The position numbers and the translations under genes were made by a program. From positions 310,001 to 374,000 of the forward strand of contig CBFDEM010000014.1 in NCBI GenBank assembly GCA_965603825.1: 64,000 nucleotides of DNA, given 5' to 3'. The DNA comes from Blepharisma stoltei ATCC 30299 (Eukaryota; Protista; Ciliophora). The notes below the pieces were generated by a model that saw only the letters and a list, made by a program, of their open reading frames with translations, searched no databases and was not told the origin of the DNA. Shown piece after piece: positions 60,443 through 64,000 of the stretch; positions within the stretch are counted from its first letter, which is position 1, and every line of letters starts with the position of its first letter.

Positions 60443-63400
60443 TTAAAGATTGCTAATCATGTTATAGAAGTAGCCTCCCTGATTCATCAAATCTTCCCTC
60501 GTCCCAATTTCCAGAATTTTCCCACTTTCGAGCACCATAACTTGATGTGCTTCAGAAATTGTCTTGAGTCGATGGGCGATCATGATTACGGTTTTTCCAG
60601 CCATTACTTCTCTAATAGCAGCTAGCAACAATAACTCTGTTTTTGAGTCCAAGGCGCTTGTTGCTTCATCGAATATCAAGATCTTAGGATTCCTGATAAT
60701 TGCTCTTGCGATTGCAATACGCTGCTTTTGTCCACCACTCAGCATGCTTCCTTTTATGCCGACTTGGCGTTCAAAACCTTCTGAGTACTTTGGATCTGTT
60801 ATAAATTCAATTGCTTGAGCTTTTTTCGCTGCTTCTTCTATTTCTTCTTGAGAAGCTTTTATACCATATGCAATATTTTCTGCGATAGTCCCAGTAAAAA
60901 GAACAGGCTCTTGTCCTACAAGTCCAATTTGGCTTCTTAAATGTTTGAGGTTATAGTCTTTAATATCAATGCCATCTATTAAGACCGAACCACTTAATGG
61001 GTCATAAAGTCTTAAAACAAGCTGGGTTACTGTCGATTTCCCTGAACCTGTTCTCCCAATTATTGCAAAATGAGTCCCTGGCTCTATCGTAAAGCTTAAA
61101 GATTTAACAGCCATGTAATTTCGATTTGGGTAGCAAAATACTACGTCTCTAAACTCTATTTTCCCTTCAACTTCTCTTTTCTCCCCATCTTTGCTGTTAA
61201 CATTTATTTTTGGCTGGTATTCTAAAACTTTAAACAGCCTTTTTGCAGCCTCAACTCCATTTTTAACATCTGGAGCATATATTCCAGCTAAGAAAAATGC
61301 ATTTGAGCCAAACATGCAAGTCATCATAGCAATGGTCATATCTTCGTAATTGTCAAGATCTTTAACTACGATATTTCCACCCCACCAGAAAAGCAATGCA
61401 TAAGCACACCAAATCAATCCAAAACCTAAGCCATATGCAATGCCTGAGTTTACTGCTTTTTTGCGAATGCTAGCAAACTCTTGAGCTGCGGGTTCTAAAT
61501 ATTTATCGTGCATGACATTTTCCAAGTTAAAAGCTTTGACAGTTCTATAGTTCATAATAGCATCAGCAGCTTGAGCTGTGCAGGACTCGTAGTTGAATTT
61601 TACTACTCCAACAGATTGAGCCATAAAAGATGCTGCTGTAGCAAAAATGATGATTGGGATGATAGCTAAGAAAACTAAACACATTCTCCATGAATATCCT
61701 GCAGCAACTCCATGGGCCACTGCGAGCGATGTAAGAATCCCAAGCATGATGCCAACAATATGCCCACCCAATCCATTAACTTTTTCACAATCATTGCAAA
61801 GTCTTGCGGAAAGCGCACTGCAGTTGTTTTCAGGAAGATCAAAAAATGCTGCTTCATATTTAAGAAGTGCTTTAAAGCTTGCTTCTCTCATTTTCGCCGT
61901 GATATTTGCACTCATTTTTGGATAACTGACTGATTCGAAAATCAGTCCAAGTGATACAAAAAATGCTAATAAGAAGATGTAGCCTGCATATTCAGAACTT
62001 TTGGCAATCATGTCGCTATCCTTAAGAGCAAGCACAAACATCTCTTTTCCACTAAACATTCCTACAAGAGGATATCCAGCTCCCACCAGCATTGATCCAG
62101 CCATTCCTAAATAAAGCCATCCCCTTTCACTTTTGCTCATAAGCATCATTTTTTTCTTGACATTTCCTGCATCATACTCTTTTTTAGCTTGTTCCTCTTC
62201 TTTAGTTTTTTTTACTTCGAGATCAGTTGCTTTTGCTTGAGCTTGTTCATCATCTTCATTTTTTTGCTGAATTTTTTGCATTTTGATGAGATGGTAGTAT
62301 TTCGATTTATTTTTCATTAACTGCTTATGATTGCCAAATTCCAGTACAACTCCTTGGTCAATCATGATAATAAAATTTGATTCTTTTATTGTGAGTAAAT
62401 TCTGAGCAATCGTAATTCTTGTGCTTTTTGGCATAGCTTTATCGATGGCTTCAACGACAGCTTGCTCAGTTTGCCTGTCTAAAGCACTTGTTGCTTCGTC
62501 TAATAAGAGAATTTTTGGGTTTCTAATTATAGCTCTTGCAATAGCAATTCTTTGCTTCTGCCCTCCAGACAGCTGAGACCCTTTAGTTCCTGCAGGAGTC
62601 TTATATTTATCTGGTAAGGCTGAAATAAAGTCATGCGCCCCTGCTTCTCGCGCTGCAAATTCTATTTCTTCTTCAGTGGCATTTAATTTTCCATACCTAA
62701 TATTATCAAAAATGCTAGCATTAAAAAGTAATGGCTCTTGGCTCACAAGCCCAATATGTTCTCTTAAAAAACTAATTGAATAGTCCATGATATTGTATCC
62801 ATCTATTGTAATAGTTCCAGAAGAAGGTTCATAATATCTAAGTAGAAGCTGAATTATAGTACTTTTTCCTGATCCAGTACTTCCAACAACTCCAAGCCTC
62901 TGTCCTGGTTCTAAATCAAAGCTAAGTCCTTTAAGAATTTCTGAGTTAGGCGCTGATGGATAAGAGAACCTAACATCTTTAAATGAAACGGCACCTTCAA
63001 TATCGCTTTTTCGGGTTCCTTGGGTAAGTTTTGATTTTCCGTTAATAATTTCTGAAATATTATAAACGGCCACTCTCCCCATACTGATAAGTTTGAGGCT
63101 AGGAACACAAAGAGAAATGTTATTGAAGGCCATAAGACTCACCCACATAACTGTGATGACTCTTGTTAAATCATATTCCTCCCCGCCAGCCCAATTGTCC
63201 TCTCCTTTATCTATAAACCAAGCTCCAACAATATAAGTAACCCCATTCATGACCATAAAAGAACACATGCCCAACGCAGTGCCTCCTCCAACCTTCAGTC
63301 CACTAAGAAGCATGGATTTTTGTGAATCTTTTATAGACTCAGTATATTTTTTGGCTTCATGTCTCTGCCCATTTAGCGAGGATACAGTTTTGATTTCTTG

Positions 63401-64000
63401 CAAAGCTTCTTCAGCGATACCTCCTGCAAGTTTATAAGAAGTATCAGCTATTTTGGCACTTTGCTCAAGTCCCTTATGAGTTAGCATGAATCCCAATGTG
63501 ACAGCTGGCATGAAAACTAAGCAAAATAATGCTAACTGAAGGCCCATGATAATAGCAATAATGAGAGAAGATACTATCATGCTTGTGCCCATAATTAAAA
63601 CAATCAGTTTGTCCCCTGTGGCTCTTTCGATCATTAAAGTTTCCGTTGCTAAGGATTGGGGAAGTTCGGCAACATGTCTGAGGTCAAATCATGATGGATC
63701 TCCATTGATTATCGCTTTGAAATAGTGATTTCGGAAGTGGAAAGCTTGTCTCGCGCCAACGTTCACAAAGCACATAACTGCAAGTGTTCCGGCAACAGTA
63801 AACACAAAGGCACATCCGATAAGCTCATAGCAGACAATTTTTGCCGAGTCATAAAATGAGTCCTTTGAGGTGTTCGCATCCATGCTCCCAAAGAAATCTC
63901 CCATAAATAAGAAGAAAAGGGGCTGGATCGCTCCTAAGGCAGCAGCAGAGATGAAGCCAACCACAATAAGGAAATAATCTAAGCAGGTGGCATACTTGTA
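60443..64000 (-). CDS. ABCB1/MDR-like full ABC transporter (copy B; 5' end outside window)
   Basis: 1063-aa ORF joined to ORF 63689-63964 by TGA=Trp (GDPS-W-FDLR; TGG in copy A); tandem paralog of copy A. Confidence 0.95.

Noticed and set aside
1307-63437. Many short opposite-strand or alternate-frame ORFs in the track (e.g. 1307-1531, 18710-19042, 32939-33385, 50625-51017, 58532-58876, 61647-61925)
   Set aside because: They overlap well-supported genes antisense or out of frame and show no recognisable motifs.
397-63691. Reading in-frame TGA as selenocysteine, as Cys (Euplotes code), or as mass pseudogenisation
   Set aside because: TGA aligns with conserved Trp and with TGG in the paralog, and occurs in essential genes.
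1-64000. Telomeric repeats, tRNA/rRNA genes, CRISPR arrays, intact transposase or RT genes
   Set aside because: None recognised by eye; both window ends fall inside coding sequence. tRNAscan-SE and Infernal would be needed to exclude small RNAs.

Overview
Gene-dense, AT-rich eukaryotic DNA, most likely from the macronuclear genome of a heterotrich ciliate (Blepharisma-like). The inference rests on two signals seen directly: in-frame TGA falls at conserved Trp positions (UGA=Trp; genes end in TAA/TAG), and all detectable introns are 15 nt with the consensus GTAA-N5-A-N2-YAG. The supplied ORF track uses the standard code and therefore fragments most genes. Re-read with UGA=Trp and tiny introns, the window holds about 35 protein-coding loci, including eIF2B-epsilon, DBR1, two TMBIM genes, ELP4, RPS7, NAA25, an HSF, glycogen debranching enzyme, a PDE, kinases, KICS2-like, DUSP12, a sugar porter and two tandem ABCB/MDR transporters. 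Main oddities: (1) a 512-bp insertion bounded by a perfect 9-bp TA-containing direct repeat interrupts one ABCB gene, and removing it restores the reading frame exactly (IES-like or transposon-like); (2) a C-terminally truncated lariat debranching enzyme in a genome with 15-nt introns; (3) a glycogen debranching enzyme with an inserted CBM48-like domain and an apparently inactive glucosidase site; (4) intron consensus positions that themselves encode stop codons in every phase; (5) isolated in-frame TAA/TAG codons in two membrane-protein genes. No rRNA, tRNA, CRISPR array or telomere was recognised. All family assignments are by-eye motif recognition, not database searches.
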